Virus record (IMG/VR): IMGVR_UViG_3300046170_000181
Location: 1-52,975 of that record
Source of the DNA: a virus
Taxonomy: Duplodnaviria; Caudoviricetes
Reading direction: 5' to 3' (one strand)
DNA length: 52,975 bases
In this document: piece after piece, positions 19,627 to 28,956 of the stretch
How positions within the stretch are numbered: the first letter of the stretch is position 1
Layout: every line of letters starts with the position of its first letter
Position numbers and translations under genes: made by a program
Notes under the pieces: model-generated
What the model saw: the letters and a program-made list of their open reading frames with translations, nothing else
Told to the model about the DNA's origin: nothing
Databases searched by the model: none

Positions 19627-19685
19627 ACTAGTGGCATAGTTCAGCTATAATTCAGCTTGACGAATCATGAAAATGGGTGTATTTC
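19627..19685 (+). promoter_or_regulatory. Primase promoter with an abutting 31-bp operator-like motif
   Basis: TTGACG-17-TATTTC (extended TG), preceded by ACTAGTGGCATAGTTCAGCTATAATTCAGCT. Confidence 0.55.
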
Positions 19686-19742
19686 TAGCGAGGCCGCTTC
19701 GGGGCCGAGCTTACCCGTAACCAGATCGAAGGGGAGTTCGAT

Positions 19743-20501
19743 ATGAAATCGGTAATAGAAAATATTAAGATTAAACCGGATGAAACAATCCGGATTGATT
19801 GCCCGGAATGTAGTGGTAAGGGAACACTAACGATTACATACAAGTCAGGTGCCGTGCTTTATAATTGTTTCAAGGCATCGTGTTATGTATCCGGGGTAAT
19901 TAATCGTGATTATGATATTGGTTACATAAAACGTAAGTTATCCGGACAAGGCTCGGACGCACCATCAAAATGGAAACGTCCATTACCTGATATGACATCG
20001 TGTCCATCCCATCATCCATCCGTACTGAAATACCTTGAAGATAATAATGCATTATACGCATTTACTGAGAGGTTAATTCAAATTAGATACGACCCGAAAG
20101 CAAACCGGTGTTTGTTTTATATGAATAACAACACAGGGGCTGTTGGCCGGCATCTAAATGGTCACAAACCCAAGTGGATGGCATATGGTGATGTAACTGG
20201 AATACTTCCCGTGGGTAAATCAGATCATGGTATTGTCGTAGAAGACGCGGCCAGTGCCTGTGCGGTAGGTGCTACGGGTGTATATACAGGTATCGCTTTG
20301 TTAGGCACAAACCTAAATACAAAACAAAAGTCTCAACTATTATCATTTAACAAATTAACTATATGCCTTGACAAGGATGCCTCTCGTAAGTCATTAGTGT
20401 TACTACGTCAACTACAGGGGCTTGTACCGTGTTCGGTAAAGTTTCTTAACCAAGACCTAAAGTGCTACAACAGTTCGGAGATAGTTAGGGTAATAACATG
20501 A
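19743..20501 (+). CDS. DNA primase (zinc finger plus TOPRIM)
   Basis: CPEC..YNCFKASC zinc finger, VVEDAASA, ALLGT and ICLDKDA motifs. Confidence 0.88.
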   Translation: MKSVIENIKIKPDETIRIDCPECSGKGTLTITYKSGAVLYNCFKASCYVSGVINRDYDIGYIKRKLSGQGSDAPSKWKRPLPDMTSCPSHHPSVLKYLEDNNALYAFTERLIQIRYDPKANRCLFYMNNNTGAVGRHLNGHKPKWMAYGDVTGILPVGKSDHGIVVEDAASACAVGATGVYTGIALLGTNLNTKQKSQLLSFNKLTICLDKDASRKSLVLLRQLQGLVPCSVKFLNQDLKCYNSSEIVRVIT

Positions 20502-20635
20502 CATACCGCCGCAAAAATTACGATGGTTCCTGTCATGGCCGAAAGGCATCTTCATGGAGTGATCCACATCAGGCCCCCCCTTTGTCGATTTAGTATTTTT
20601 AACAATTTAAATTGACCTAAAAAGGGTATGTAAAG

Positions 20636-20839
20636 ATGAAAGCAAGAGGAATCGTGGTCATAGATTATGACCTTCCCGGTGGGTATAGAGAAGCCGCCAT
20701 TGAAGAGGAAAAGTTGGAACAAGCTGTTGCCAGCCTAGTTAAAGGTAACCCCCGTGTAATATATCATGAGGTGGATATCCGTGAAAGGCGCGGTGATAAC
20801 AAGCCCGACATAAAAAAAATGAAGCTCAGAAGTAGCTGA
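20636..20839 (+). CDS. Small hypothetical protein
   Basis: 67 aa MKARGIVVIDY..DIRERRG, followed by its own terminator (~20869-20894). Confidence 0.65.
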   Translation: MKARGIVVIDYDLPGGYREAAIEEEKLEQAVASLVKGNPRVIYHEVDIRERRGDNKPDIKKMKLRSS

Positions 20840-20898
20840 TCTACCAAGCAAATATCAGAGTGATATCATCCCCGGCCATTGCGCCGGGGTTTTCGTTG

Positions 20899-20928
20899 TT
20901 GCCACTAGTGGCGTAGTTGTGTTAGAGT
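20899..20928 (+). promoter_or_regulatory. Helicase promoter containing the palindromic motif GCCACTAGTGGC
   Basis: TTGCCA-18-TAGAGT. Confidence 0.55.
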
Positions 20929-20964
20929 TCGACTATAGTACAACGAAAAGACGAGCAGAACCGG

Positions 20965-22189
20965 ATGGACATATCTCTCCTCAAGTCACTAACAAGTGCA
21001 AATTTTTATAATGAAAACAAGGCGAACCTGACTAAAAACCTGTTTGATGATGAGCTTCGTGAGATCTATGAAATCATAAGCGAAGCCCATGACAGGTTTG
21101 ATCACGACCTTCAGATCAATGACGTTATAGCGTTGTGGCAGAACAAGAACCCTGTCGCTACACGTTCTGATATTGAATCAATGAAGGGAGTGATTGCGAC
21201 CATAAAGGACGCCCCACCTCTTTCAGACTCCGTAGCAAGTGAAGTCCTGCACGGATTGTGGCAACGTCACATCGGAACCAAGATTGCCAGCATTGGCCTC
21301 GAAATAAGTGAGGGCAATGATACGGCAATGGACAGGCTCAATACTTTACTAGACCGTAGTAAGGACGGGTTTCTTCCAACCGACTTTGGTGACTTCACGA
21401 CCAAAGACATTGAAATACTATTGGCTGAAACAAGTAATGAAAGCCGGTGGAAGTTCAATATCGAAACTCTATCCCGTCATGTTTATGGGATAGGCCCTCA
21501 AGAATTCATGGTTACCTTTGCCCTACCAGAGACGGGCAAGACAGCCTTTATCGTTTCTATAGCCTGTGCTCCCGGTGGCTTTTGCGACCAAGGTGCACGG
21601 GTTATTTATTTAGGGAATGAAGAAAAGACTACACGAACAATGCTCCGTGCAATGCAAGCGTGGTCAGGCATGACCCGGGAACAGATACGGGATAACCCGC
21701 ATTTAGCTCGGGACAGGTTTGAAATGATAGCAGACCGTTTTCGATATGAACGAGATTCAGGATTGGGATCTTAATAAAATCGAAGCTTACTGCGAACAGG
21801 TAAAGCCAGACGTTCTCATTATTGATCAGGCCGACAAGGTTCATATCAACGGAAGCTTCAATGCAGGGCATGAAAGACTTCGAGAACTTTACCGGCGGCT
21901 CCGTGAAACTGCCAAGAAGTACGATTGTGCTCTGATAGCCGTTAGCCAAGCCAGCAATGATGCCAAGGGTAAAACTCGTTTGAGTGCCTTTGATATGGAA
22001 GGTTCAAAGATTGGTAAGGCGGCTGAATCCGATTTGATCCTTGGTATTGGCCGGCATGAGCCCGGTGATGTGGATGACAGTGAGCCGGATACCACACGTT
22101 ATTTAACCATCAGTAAGAATAAATTGAGTGGTTGGCACGGCACAGAGATCTGTAACATTCAGGCCGGCATCAGCCGCTATTCGGAGTAG
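20965..22189 (+). CDS. DnaB-like (SF4) replicative helicase (+1 frameshift at ~21740)
   Basis: ALPETGKT Walker A, YLGNEE, IIDQADKV, AVSQAS and KAAESDLILG motifs. Confidence 0.9.
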
Positions 22190-22192
22190 TGA

Positions 22193-22720
22193 ATGCTGGT
22201 ACAGATAACTAAGCGAGATTCTCTATCGGCTGAAGTAATGGCCAAGGATACCTTGAAGCTTCTTGAGCTACAGGGTGTGAGCCCACGTCTAGAGAATGAT
22301 AAACAATCCCGGTTAGACGCAAACATATACGGATTTAAAGCTGAGTTTGCGGTGGCCCGTCTTTTCAACCTAGACCCACCATCCATTAACGTAGCCACGG
22401 ATGGCGGTGTGGATCTGTGGTTTGATGATACATCGATTGATGTCAAATTTTGCAATCAGGAATACGGACAGCTCATATTTGATAGTGCCCAAGTATTCCG
22501 TTCTGAAATTGCTGTTCTTGTTGGCAAAACAAGTGACGAAGACATCATGCGTGTGAACGGATGGATCAAACGCCGGGACTTTATCAAACAACATAACAAG
22601 CATGATTACGGCTTTGGCACACGTCTGGTGATGCAAGCAGATCAGCTCAATTCAATCGAAAAACTATGGCTTGAATTTGCTCACAGAAAGCATGGGGCCA
22701 ATGAAGGGGAAATTAAATGA
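22193..22720 (+). CDS. Hypothetical protein, possible PD-(D/E)XK fold
   Basis: G..AEFAVA..DGGVDL..IDVK pattern. Confidence 0.55.
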   Translation: MLVQITKRDSLSAEVMAKDTLKLLELQGVSPRLENDKQSRLDANIYGFKAEFAVARLFNLDPPSINVATDGGVDLWFDDTSIDVKFCNQEYGQLIFDSAQVFRSEIAVLVGKTSDEDIMRVNGWIKRRDFIKQHNKHDYGFGTRLVMQADQLNSIEKLWLEFAHRKHGANEGEIK

Positions 22721-24831
22721 AAGCAGTCGTATTAGACCTCGAAACTACCGTGCAGGATATACTCGGGTTAAAGGATAACAGTCCATTTGACCCAAATAAT
22801 AAAATTGTAATGGCTGAATGGCGGCGTGTTGAAGATGGTGTCATCGGAGTAGCTAAAAGAGCTATTTTCTATCACAAGGATTTAACCAGCCCCGATAGTC
22901 CAAAAGAACTACAAGATGATTTGGATTGGGCAGATATCGGCGTGGCACATAATGCCAAGTTCGATTGGATGTATCTGCAAGAAGCCGGCTTTAAATTGCC
23001 AGAGCGCGTCTGGTGTACGATGATTGGTGAATACATATTTGCTAGATCTCAGCCAAAATTTAAGTCGCTTAAAGCTACAGCCGAAAGAAGGGATGTTACT
23101 CGTAAGAAGTCTGATCTTGTAGATGATTTATTCCAAGGTGGCACCGGGTTTGATCAGATGCCGCTCGACACTGTAATCGAATATGCCGAGGCAGATGTCT
23201 TGTCCTGTGCAGAGATTTATCTGGATCAATTAAAAGACCTTTCAAAAGATTCAAATAAAGGTCTTGTACCCGTATTTGACCTGATGAACGAAATGCTACT
23301 CTTCCTGTGTGAGCTAGAGCGTAATGGTATCTGTATTGATACTGACGTGCTTTTAAAGGTTGAAGATGAATACATCAAAGAAAAGGCAGAGATAGAAGAT
23401 ACGCTCAACGAGATTATCGAATCCGTTATGGGCGATACCCCAATTAACAAAAACTCTGGCATCGACATGACTAAGGTAGTCTATAGTCGCTTTGTTCCTG
23501 ACCGGGAATATCATCGCAGAGCATTCAACATCGGTAATAACCCCGCCGGCAAACCGCTCCCACCGCCTCGTATGAGCCCCTCACAGTTTGCTAATACAGT
23601 ACGCAAGAGCACCCGTAGGGTAATGAAGACTGTGGCACATCACTGCGAAGCCTGTGAAGGCCGGGGGCGTGTTCAGAAATACAAGGTTGATGGCAACCCG
23701 TACAAGAACCTGACCAAGTGTGAGGCTTGTGATGGTCTTGGATATATCCTTACAGAAACAGGTAAAGTAGCTGGATTAAAGCTCGTACCAGAGGGCCCAA
23801 GGGATGCCAGTATAAATGGATTTAAGACAGATAAGGTCACAATTGCACGACTGATTACTCAAGCGGAAGTAAAGGGCAATGAAACCGCTATACTGTTTTT
23901 AACTAAGTTATCTAGGTTGAATGCAATCAGTACCTATCTCGATTCATTTATTAAGAACATCAAACAATGGACACGGCCGGACGGACTTCTTCATGCTCAG
24001 TTTAACCAAACTATAACTAAGACCGGTAGACTATCGAGCTCCAATCCAAACTTTCAGAATATCCCAAAGGGGCACAAATTTCCTGTACGGAAGGCTGTAG
24101 TTTCTAGGTTCGAGGGTGGTCAGATATTAGAGGCCGACTTTTCCGGACTTGAATTCCGGGTTGCCGGGGAATTAAGCCGCTGTCATCAGATCATTGATGA
24201 TATTCAGTCTGGTAAAGATGTTCATAAACAAACGGCCAGCATCATCAATCAGTGTGACGTTTCTGATGTTACAAAGGATATGAGACAGGCCGCGAAAGCG
24301 TTTACGTTTGCCCCGTTGTACGGCGGCATGGGTGCCAATGAGGCCCCTCACGTTCAAAAGTATTTTAAGGAATACTTCAAAATCTACTCAGGTCTTGCCA
24401 AGTGGCACAAAGAGCTGATGGATGGCGTGTTAAAGGATGGTATAGTCCGGATACCTTCTGGCAGGGAATTTTATTTTCCCGGGGCAAGACGGCTTCGTAA
24501 CGGACGTGTTACTAACGCAACCAATATTGTAAATTATCCGTGTCAAAGTTTTGCAACAGCCGACCTTGTTCCGCTGAGTTGCATACGGGCATTCAAGAAA
24601 TTCAAGGAAATAGGACTCACCTCAAAATTGATCCTGACGGTTCATGACAGCATCGTGGTGGATGTTTTTCCCGGTGAAGAAAAAAAAGTTGTTGATGCAC
24701 TGAAGTGGGCAATGCGTGAAATGCCCTCAGAAGTGAAGCAACGCTTTGATTATGAACTCTTATTACCCTTGGACATCGAAGCGACAACCGGCCCCAACTG
24801 GATGGAGCAAGATGATATCCCGATTGACTAA
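22717..24831 (+). CDS. Family A DNA polymerase with an inserted DnaJ-type zinc finger
   Basis: Exonuclease DLETT and HNAKFD; two CxxCxGxG repeats; TGRLSS, ADFSGLE, RQAAKAFTFAPLYG, NYPCQ and TVHDS motifs. Confidence 0.95.
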   Translation: MKAVVLDLETTVQDILGLKDNSPFDPNNKIVMAEWRRVEDGVIGVAKRAIFYHKDLTSPDSPKELQDDLDWADIGVAHNAKFDWMYLQEAGFKLPERVWCTMIGEYIFARSQPKFKSLKATAERRDVTRKKSDLVDDLFQGGTGFDQMPLDTVIEYAEADVLSCAEIYLDQLKDLSKDSNKGLVPVFDLMNEMLLFLCELERNGICIDTDVLLKVEDEYIKEKAEIEDTLNEIIESVMGDTPINKNSGIDMTKVVYSRFVPDREYHRRAFNIGNNPAGKPLPPPRMSPSQFANTVRKSTRRVMKTVAHHCEACEGRGRVQKYKVDGNPYKNLTKCEACDGLGYILTETGKVAGLKLVPEGPRDASINGFKTDKVTIARLITQAEVKGNETAILFLTKLSRLNAISTYLDSFIKNIKQWTRPDGLLHAQFNQTITKTGRLSSSNPNFQNIPKGHKFPVRKAVVSRFEGGQILEADFSGLEFRVAGELSRCHQIIDDIQSGKDVHKQTASIINQCDVSDVTKDMRQAAKAFTFAPLYGGMGANEAPHVQKYFKEYFKIYSGLAKWHKELMDGVLKDGIVRIPSGREFYFPGARRLRNGRVTNATNIVNYPCQSFATADLVPLSCIRAFKKFKEIGLTSKLILTVHDSIVVDVFPGEEKKVVDALKWAMREMPSEVKQRFDYELLLPLDIEATTGPNWMEQDDIPID

Positions 24832-24852
24832 CGCCACTAGTTAATGTATTAT
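24824..24852 (+). promoter_or_regulatory. Internal promoter with the ACGCCACTAGT motif in its spacer
   Basis: TTGACT-17-TATTAT. Confidence 0.65.
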
Positions 24853-24878
24853 AAAAGACCCTAATAAAGGAGACAGCA

Positions 24879-25715
24879 ATGGGCGAACTCTCAACTATCG
24901 ATCAGTCAAAAGCTCTAGAATTGGCCGCTATTCTAGGAACAAGCGAGAAGGCATCAAGTGATCGTCTTCCACAATTAAAAGTAAATACTAAGCGGAAAGA
25001 TCCACAAGGCCGTAAGATTGAAGAAGGTATGTTCTTCGTTACGGATCAAGATGAAAACGTGTATTCGGAAACTGTCCGCATCCGTGTTTTAAGTCAGCTA
25101 TTCCAGTGGATTCATTACGATCAGGAAAAGAATAAAGTCGTTAATAAAACGATTCTTATTCCAAAGCTCCGTGATGAAGCGCGTGATATGAAAGGCGGCA
25201 CCCGTTGTGGTAAGCCAGCCTCAAAAGTCCTGCGTGAGCTACCGAAGGAAGAGCAAAAGAAATACACGGATATCAAGTGTTTTCGTCAGCTCCGCGTTCT
25301 TGTCAGCTATACCGGTAAAACTGCCGATGGTGACGAGGTTACGGTTGAAAACCTACCAGCGGTTATGTTGTTGAAGGGATCTAACTTCAGCCCCTTCGAG
25401 GACGAGTTCATTAAGGTAATTCCCCGGAATAATAACTATTATGATTTCTGGTGTGATGTAACTTTGGAAGAACTCACTAACGGTTCGGTGACGTATTATG
25501 TCAATCATTACAAGCCAGATCTAACTAATCCTGTCGCAATGGATGAAGATACGTTCGACACGATGGTTGGTATGGGTGAGCTTGTTAAAGCAGAAAACAC
25601 TCGTATCGAGAATATGCATCTGGCCGCTATGCGTAATGATGATTTGTCGGATGATGCTATCGAAGCTGTTATTGATGCGGCACCTCTCGAAGATGATTTA
25701 GAAGACGAAGAATAG
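24879..25715 (+). CDS. Putative single-stranded DNA-binding protein
   Basis: Position after the polymerase, acidic C-terminal tail, strong RBS and own terminator (~25730-25757). Confidence 0.55.
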   Translation: MGELSTIDQSKALELAAILGTSEKASSDRLPQLKVNTKRKDPQGRKIEEGMFFVTDQDENVYSETVRIRVLSQLFQWIHYDQEKNKVVNKTILIPKLRDEARDMKGGTRCGKPASKVLRELPKEEQKKYTDIKCFRQLRVLVSYTGKTADGDEVTVENLPAVMLLKGSNFSPFEDEFIKVIPRNNNYYDFWCDVTLEELTNGSVTYYVNHYKPDLTNPVAMDEDTFDTMVGMGELVKAENTRIENMHLAAMRNDDLSDDAIEAVIDAAPLEDDLEDEE

Positions 25716-25781
25716 TCGTTCCACATTTAGGCGGGGGCATTCGTGCCCTCGTTTTTTGTCCCTTAAACATGGAGCGGTTAT

Positions 25782-26648
25782 ATGTCTTTTAACATCCTAG
25801 AAACAAAAATCCGTATGGCCCTCGATAAGTGGTCAAACGATGAGCCTATCGAATACAAGGAAGAGTGGATCGAGGAAGCTGGTGAGCAATTCAAAGATGC
25901 TCTCCGTAAGCAATTAAAGCCTCGTGAAAAGCAATTTCGTATGCGTATGTCAAACATCGGACGGCCTCTGTGCCAGCTCCAGATGGAGAAGATGGGCGAA
26001 GAGCGCAGTCGTAATTCCTATAACAGTATTATCCGGTTTCTTCTTGGTGACGCCACAGAAGTTCTGGTTGAGTTTGTTCTGAAGGTTGCCGGCGTGAATG
26101 TTACCGGGGGCAAGAGTGAAGCCAAGCTGTCTGTTAATGGGACTACTATTCTTGGCGAAAATGATGTCGAGATAGACAATAAAATTTATGATACCAAATC
26201 ATCCAGCCCGTGGGCTTACGAGCATAAATGGGGTGATGGGTGGCAGGGTGTCGCAAAAGACGACCCTTTTGGTTACATAAACCAACTCTACGGATATTCT
26301 GAAGGTACGGGGCTTGAGCCCGGTGGATGGATTGTTGTGAACAAATCCACAGGTGAACTGCGCGTTGTTGATGCGGAATTCACTACTGATGACAAGGATA
26401 AGATCCGTACAGACGTAAGTAATACAGTTGAAAAGCTCATGAGTGACGCTCCGTTCGAGCGGTGCTTTGAGCCACAAGATGAATATTTCCAGCGGAAATT
26501 GACAGGCAGTAAGCGGTTACCAATGAACTGCACCTTCTGCCCGTATTTAAATAAGTGTTGGCCGGATGCTGTCTACAAACCTCAAACAGGTAGTAAGGCG
26601 GTTAGTCCACGGCACTTCTGGTATTCTGAATATGCCGGTGACAAATGA
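25782..26648 (+). CDS. PD-(D/E)XK (Cas4-like) exonuclease
   Basis: RMSNIGRPLC, GEND..DTKS, YINQLYGY and CTFCPYLNKC motifs. Confidence 0.8.
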   Translation: MSFNILETKIRMALDKWSNDEPIEYKEEWIEEAGEQFKDALRKQLKPREKQFRMRMSNIGRPLCQLQMEKMGEERSRNSYNSIIRFLLGDATEVLVEFVLKVAGVNVTGGKSEAKLSVNGTTILGENDVEIDNKIYDTKSSSPWAYEHKWGDGWQGVAKDDPFGYINQLYGYSEGTGLEPGGWIVVNKSTGELRVVDAEFTTDDKDKIRTDVSNTVEKLMSDAPFERCFEPQDEYFQRKLTGSKRLPMNCTFCPYLNKCWPDAVYKPQTGSKAVSPRHFWYSEYAGDK

Positions 26649-26660
26649 AAATGAAGTTAA

Positions 26661-27107
26661 ATGGCTTTCCGAAATCTACGAGCAAGAGCGATAGCCGCCG
26701 GCTACCGGTCAGGTCTTGAAGAAGACATCGGGAAACAGCTCAAGACGCTTGGTGTTAAGGCCGAGTATGAGCCATTCCCTATTCCGTATACGGTTCCAAC
26801 AATTAGTCGGAAATATACGCCCGACTATGTTTTACCCAACGGAATTATTATCGAAAGTAAGGGCCGGTTTACCCCCGAAGATAGAAAAAAACATATCTAT
26901 CTGCGCGACACGCACGGCACTTCCCTCGATATCAGGTTTGTCTTCAACAACCCGAGGTCAAAGCTCCGTAAAGGTGCAAAGACAACTTATGCGGATTGGT
27001 GTGAGAAACACGGGTTTCATTACGCCAAAAAGGAAATCCCCGAAGAGTGGATTAATGAAAAACCAAGGAAGCGTTGTTTGTCCTTGATAGAAAGATTGAG
27101 AGGCTAG
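26661..27107 (+). CDS. Endonuclease I (T7 gp3-like resolvase)
   Basis: YRSGLE, YTPDYVL, IESKGRF..DRKKH and TYADWCEKHGF motifs. Confidence 0.92.
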   Translation: MAFRNLRARAIAAGYRSGLEEDIGKQLKTLGVKAEYEPFPIPYTVPTISRKYTPDYVLPNGIIIESKGRFTPEDRKKHIYLRDTHGTSLDIRFVFNNPRSKLRKGAKTTYADWCEKHGFHYAKKEIPEEWINEKPRKRCLSLIERLRG

Positions 27108-27110
27108 GCC

Positions 27111-27461
27111 GTGTCTGAAGAAGATTTTGAAGGCGTATTTATTGAAATCACTCCGGGTGATGAGGGTAATGTCAGCTTTAAGTGTGGCTGGAAATTTCCA
27201 GATGATGCTGACCCCGGGGCGGTAGATTATTTTAAAAGTATTGTAGCCGGCATCTATGGGATTCTGAGTTCAGACCCCGAGGATCTGGTTTCAATTGGTG
27301 ACGTTGTTAGATCCGTATCTGACTTCGATAATCCAGTGGAAGAACAGGAAGAACCCATTTTGGTTTTTGAGCCGGATGAAGAATTCCTAAAGAAAATGGA
27401 AGACAGCAAAGTTGTTGATCTCTCCAAATTCAAACCCAAACCCAACTCAAAAAAACACTAA
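27111..27461 (+). CDS. Acidic hypothetical protein
   Basis: 116 aa ORF within the operon. Confidence 0.6.
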   Translation: MSEEDFEGVFIEITPGDEGNVSFKCGWKFPDDADPGAVDYFKSIVAGIYGILSSDPEDLVSIGDVVRSVSDFDNPVEEQEEPILVFEPDEEFLKKMEDSKVVDLSKFKPKPNSKKH

Positions 27462-27473
27462 GAGTATTTAATT

Positions 27474-28025
27474 ATGGCCGAATTAGTTATTGGTTTATGT
27501 GGTTCAAAAGGTAGCGGAAAGAGCACAATCGCGTCTTATTTAAAGGCGCACCATAACGCTACAATTATTAAATTTGCAGACCCGTTGAAAGATATGATGA
27601 GGGCATTCGGCCTCACCTCTGATCAAATAGACGGGCCCTTGAAAGAGGAACCCTGCGAATTATTGGGCGGTAAAACGCCGAGACACGCAATGCAAACCCT
27701 TGGCACCGAATGGGGCCGTGAGCTCATTACGGAAGACGTGTGGGTTGATGCGTGGATGTCTAAGGTCAAAGCCACAGAGGGCGTTGTCGTGTGTGATGAC
27801 GTTCGCTTTCCTAACGAAGTGAAAGCTATTGATGTGGCATGGGGCGTATCAGTCTGGGTTGAACGTGATTCAATCTATGAGCCCGGGGATGAACACCCAT
27901 CAGAAACATCACTGAGCTTTTCGTATTGTGATTTTACCCTTGATAACACCCGTAAGATTAGTCTGGTTGCAAAGGAATTACTCGATGATGCGTGGGTTCT
28001 TAGAAACTTGCAAAGGATCGGATAA
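27474..28025 (+). CDS. Deoxynucleoside monophosphate kinase
   Basis: GSKGSGKST, FADPLK, MQTLGTEWGR and DDVRFPNE motifs. Confidence 0.9.
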   Translation: MAELVIGLCGSKGSGKSTIASYLKAHHNATIIKFADPLKDMMRAFGLTSDQIDGPLKEEPCELLGGKTPRHAMQTLGTEWGRELITEDVWVDAWMSKVKATEGVVVCDDVRFPNEVKAIDVAWGVSVWVERDSIYEPGDEHPSETSLSFSYCDFTLDNTRKISLVAKELLDDAWVLRNLQRIG

Positions 28026-28600
28026 TGCACATTCACCAGTTTTTCCATATGCCCCTCTTTAACGATGAAGATTGTGACGCCGTTATTCGGGTGGCTAATA
28101 AAGATGCTTTAACCAAGGGGAAGGTTCTTGGTGGCAGTACCGGTATAAAGGAAAAGCTGACCAGAAACTGCGCCTTGAAATGGCTAGATCCGGACGCACA
28201 CACTAAGTGGATGTTTGAGAAGATCGGTAGTGCCGTACAGAAGATGAACAACGATACTCTCAAGTTCAATCTTGATGGTGGTATGGAAAAGCTACAATAC
28301 CTCGAATACGGATTTGGCCAGTTCTACGCAGTACATACAGATAACTCAGATGATAAGGTTGCAACCCGTAAGCTTACAGCAATCATTCAGCTATCTGACC
28401 CGAAAGATTATTGGGGCGGCACATTAAAGATCGAGGGAACTTGTCTCGGCCAGCCCGGTAAAGGAATGAATTCGGCCCCTAAAAAACGGGGTACTATAAT
28501 TCTATTCCCATCACACCTTCGCCACATTGCAATGCCCGTTTTTGTTGGAAAACGCCGGGCACTTGTTGCGTGGTTTCATGGAACACAACCCCTCAGATAA
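28025..28600 (+). CDS. 2OG-Fe(II) oxygenase
   Basis: HTD..RKLT..QLSDP..YWGG..FPSHLRH..R jelly-roll motifs. Confidence 0.88.
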   Translation: MHIHQFFHMPLFNDEDCDAVIRVANKDALTKGKVLGGSTGIKEKLTRNCALKWLDPDAHTKWMFEKIGSAVQKMNNDTLKFNLDGGMEKLQYLEYGFGQFYAVHTDNSDDKVATRKLTAIIQLSDPKDYWGGTLKIEGTCLGQPGKGMNSAPKKRGTIILFPSHLRHIAMPVFVGKRRALVAWFHGTQPLR

Positions 28601-28614
28601 TAAACGGAGATACT

Positions 28615-28944
28615 ATGTTAGACTTTGATACCTATCAGGCACACGCGGCAGAGACTGCGATTTACCCGGACAACGTGAAGATCATGTATCCCGCAATGGG
28701 ATTGGCCGGCGAGGTGGGTGAAGTCCTTAACAAAATTAAGAAGATTTATCGAGATGAGCAAGGACAGCTCAGTGACGCTAAACGTGAAGAACTTACGAAA
28801 GAGGTGGGTGACTGTCTCTGGTATGTAGCCGCTCTTTGCACAGATTTAGATATCTCGATGGGCCATGCGGCCGAGGGCAACTTTCGCAAATTAATTGACC
28901 GCATGAATAGAGGAGTCATCGGCGGTTCCGGTGACAATAGATAA
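28615..28944 (+). CDS. mazG: MazG-like nucleotide pyrophosphohydrolase
   Basis: GLAGEVGEV..EVGDCLWY and C-terminal GSGDNR. Confidence 0.9.
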   Translation: MLDFDTYQAHAAETAIYPDNVKIMYPAMGLAGEVGEVLNKIKKIYRDEQGQLSDAKREELTKEVGDCLWYVAALCTDLDISMGHAAEGNFRKLIDRMNRGVIGGSGDNR

Positions 28945-28956
28945 CAACAAAACAGG

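Noticed and set aside
20529-20573. Hammerhead ribozyme or SAM-SAH riboswitch
   Set aside because: The minus strand has CUGAUG but lacks the full CUGANGA and GAAA core; the plus strand matches only the first few riboswitch bases.
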